From Felis catus (lineage: Eukaryota): a stretch of DNA of 64,000 bases. The notes beneath the pieces are model-generated. The model saw nothing but the letters and a program-made list of their open reading frames with translations. It ran no database searches and had not been told where the DNA came from. The stretch is taken from positions 81,532,001-81,596,000 of the forward strand of contig NC_058368.1 in assembly GCF_018350175.1 (NCBI RefSeq), given 5' to 3'. Positions within the stretch are counted from its first letter, which is position 1. Each line of letters opens with the position of its first letter. The translations under genes and the position numbers were made by a program. Positions 63,686-64,000 of this stretch are shown here, piece after piece.

Positions 63686-63893
63686 TTTTTTTTAAGTTTA
63701 TTCATTCATTTTCAGAGAGAGAGAGAGTACGAGCAGGGGAGGGACAGAGAGAAAGGGAGAGAGAGAATCCCAAGCAGGCACCATGCTGGCAGTGCAGAGC
63801 CTGATGTGGGGCTTGAACCCATAAACCGTGAGATTGTGACCTGGGCCAAAATCAATATTCGGGCACTCAACAGACTGAGCCCCCCAGGTGCCC
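63686..63893 (-). mobile_element. Can-SINE
   Basis: Reverse-complement copy; TSD tagRtRtccattttt. Confidence 0.94.
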
Positions 63894-64000
63894 ATAGATG
63901 TCCATTTTTAAGAAATGTGCATACATGCTATTTCTCCACACAGAGGTCAAGTAGGTATTTCATTATGAAAACAGTATCCGGTAAAGATACTTTTGCACTG

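Noticed and set aside
62500..64000. Search for the penultimate TUBGCP3 exon, including ORF 63161-63436
   Set aside because: No GCP3-like peptide with splice sites was found; that exon must lie beyond the window.

Overview
Mammalian (carnivore, most likely felid) genomic DNA, GC-rich, identified by about 20 Can-SINEs including young felid-type copies. The window holds the complete coding structure of SPACA7 (sperm acrosome-associated 7) on the + strand: 7 coding exons from 1865 to 29640, all junctions phase 1, AATAAA at 29764. It also holds the terminal exon and 3'UTR of TUBGCP3 on the - strand (about 60840-61908), the same convergent arrangement I recall for human 13q34. The rest is introns and intergenic DNA with old L1, L2, MIR, MER (hAT) and MLT LTR fragments and several tandem repeats. 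The most notable observations are: (1) a decayed but nearly full-length piggyBac-family (PGBD4-like) transposase fossil in sense orientation in SPACA7 intron 5 (about 16811-19050), not visible in the ORF track because of frameshifts; (2) a ~67-bp tandem array just upstream of the SPACA7 ATG in which each unit carries an ETS-like site and a CRE-like site; (3) an internal exon duplication (exons 4 and 5) with unusual splice donors. All gene and repeat-family assignments come from my recognition of the sequence, not from database searches.
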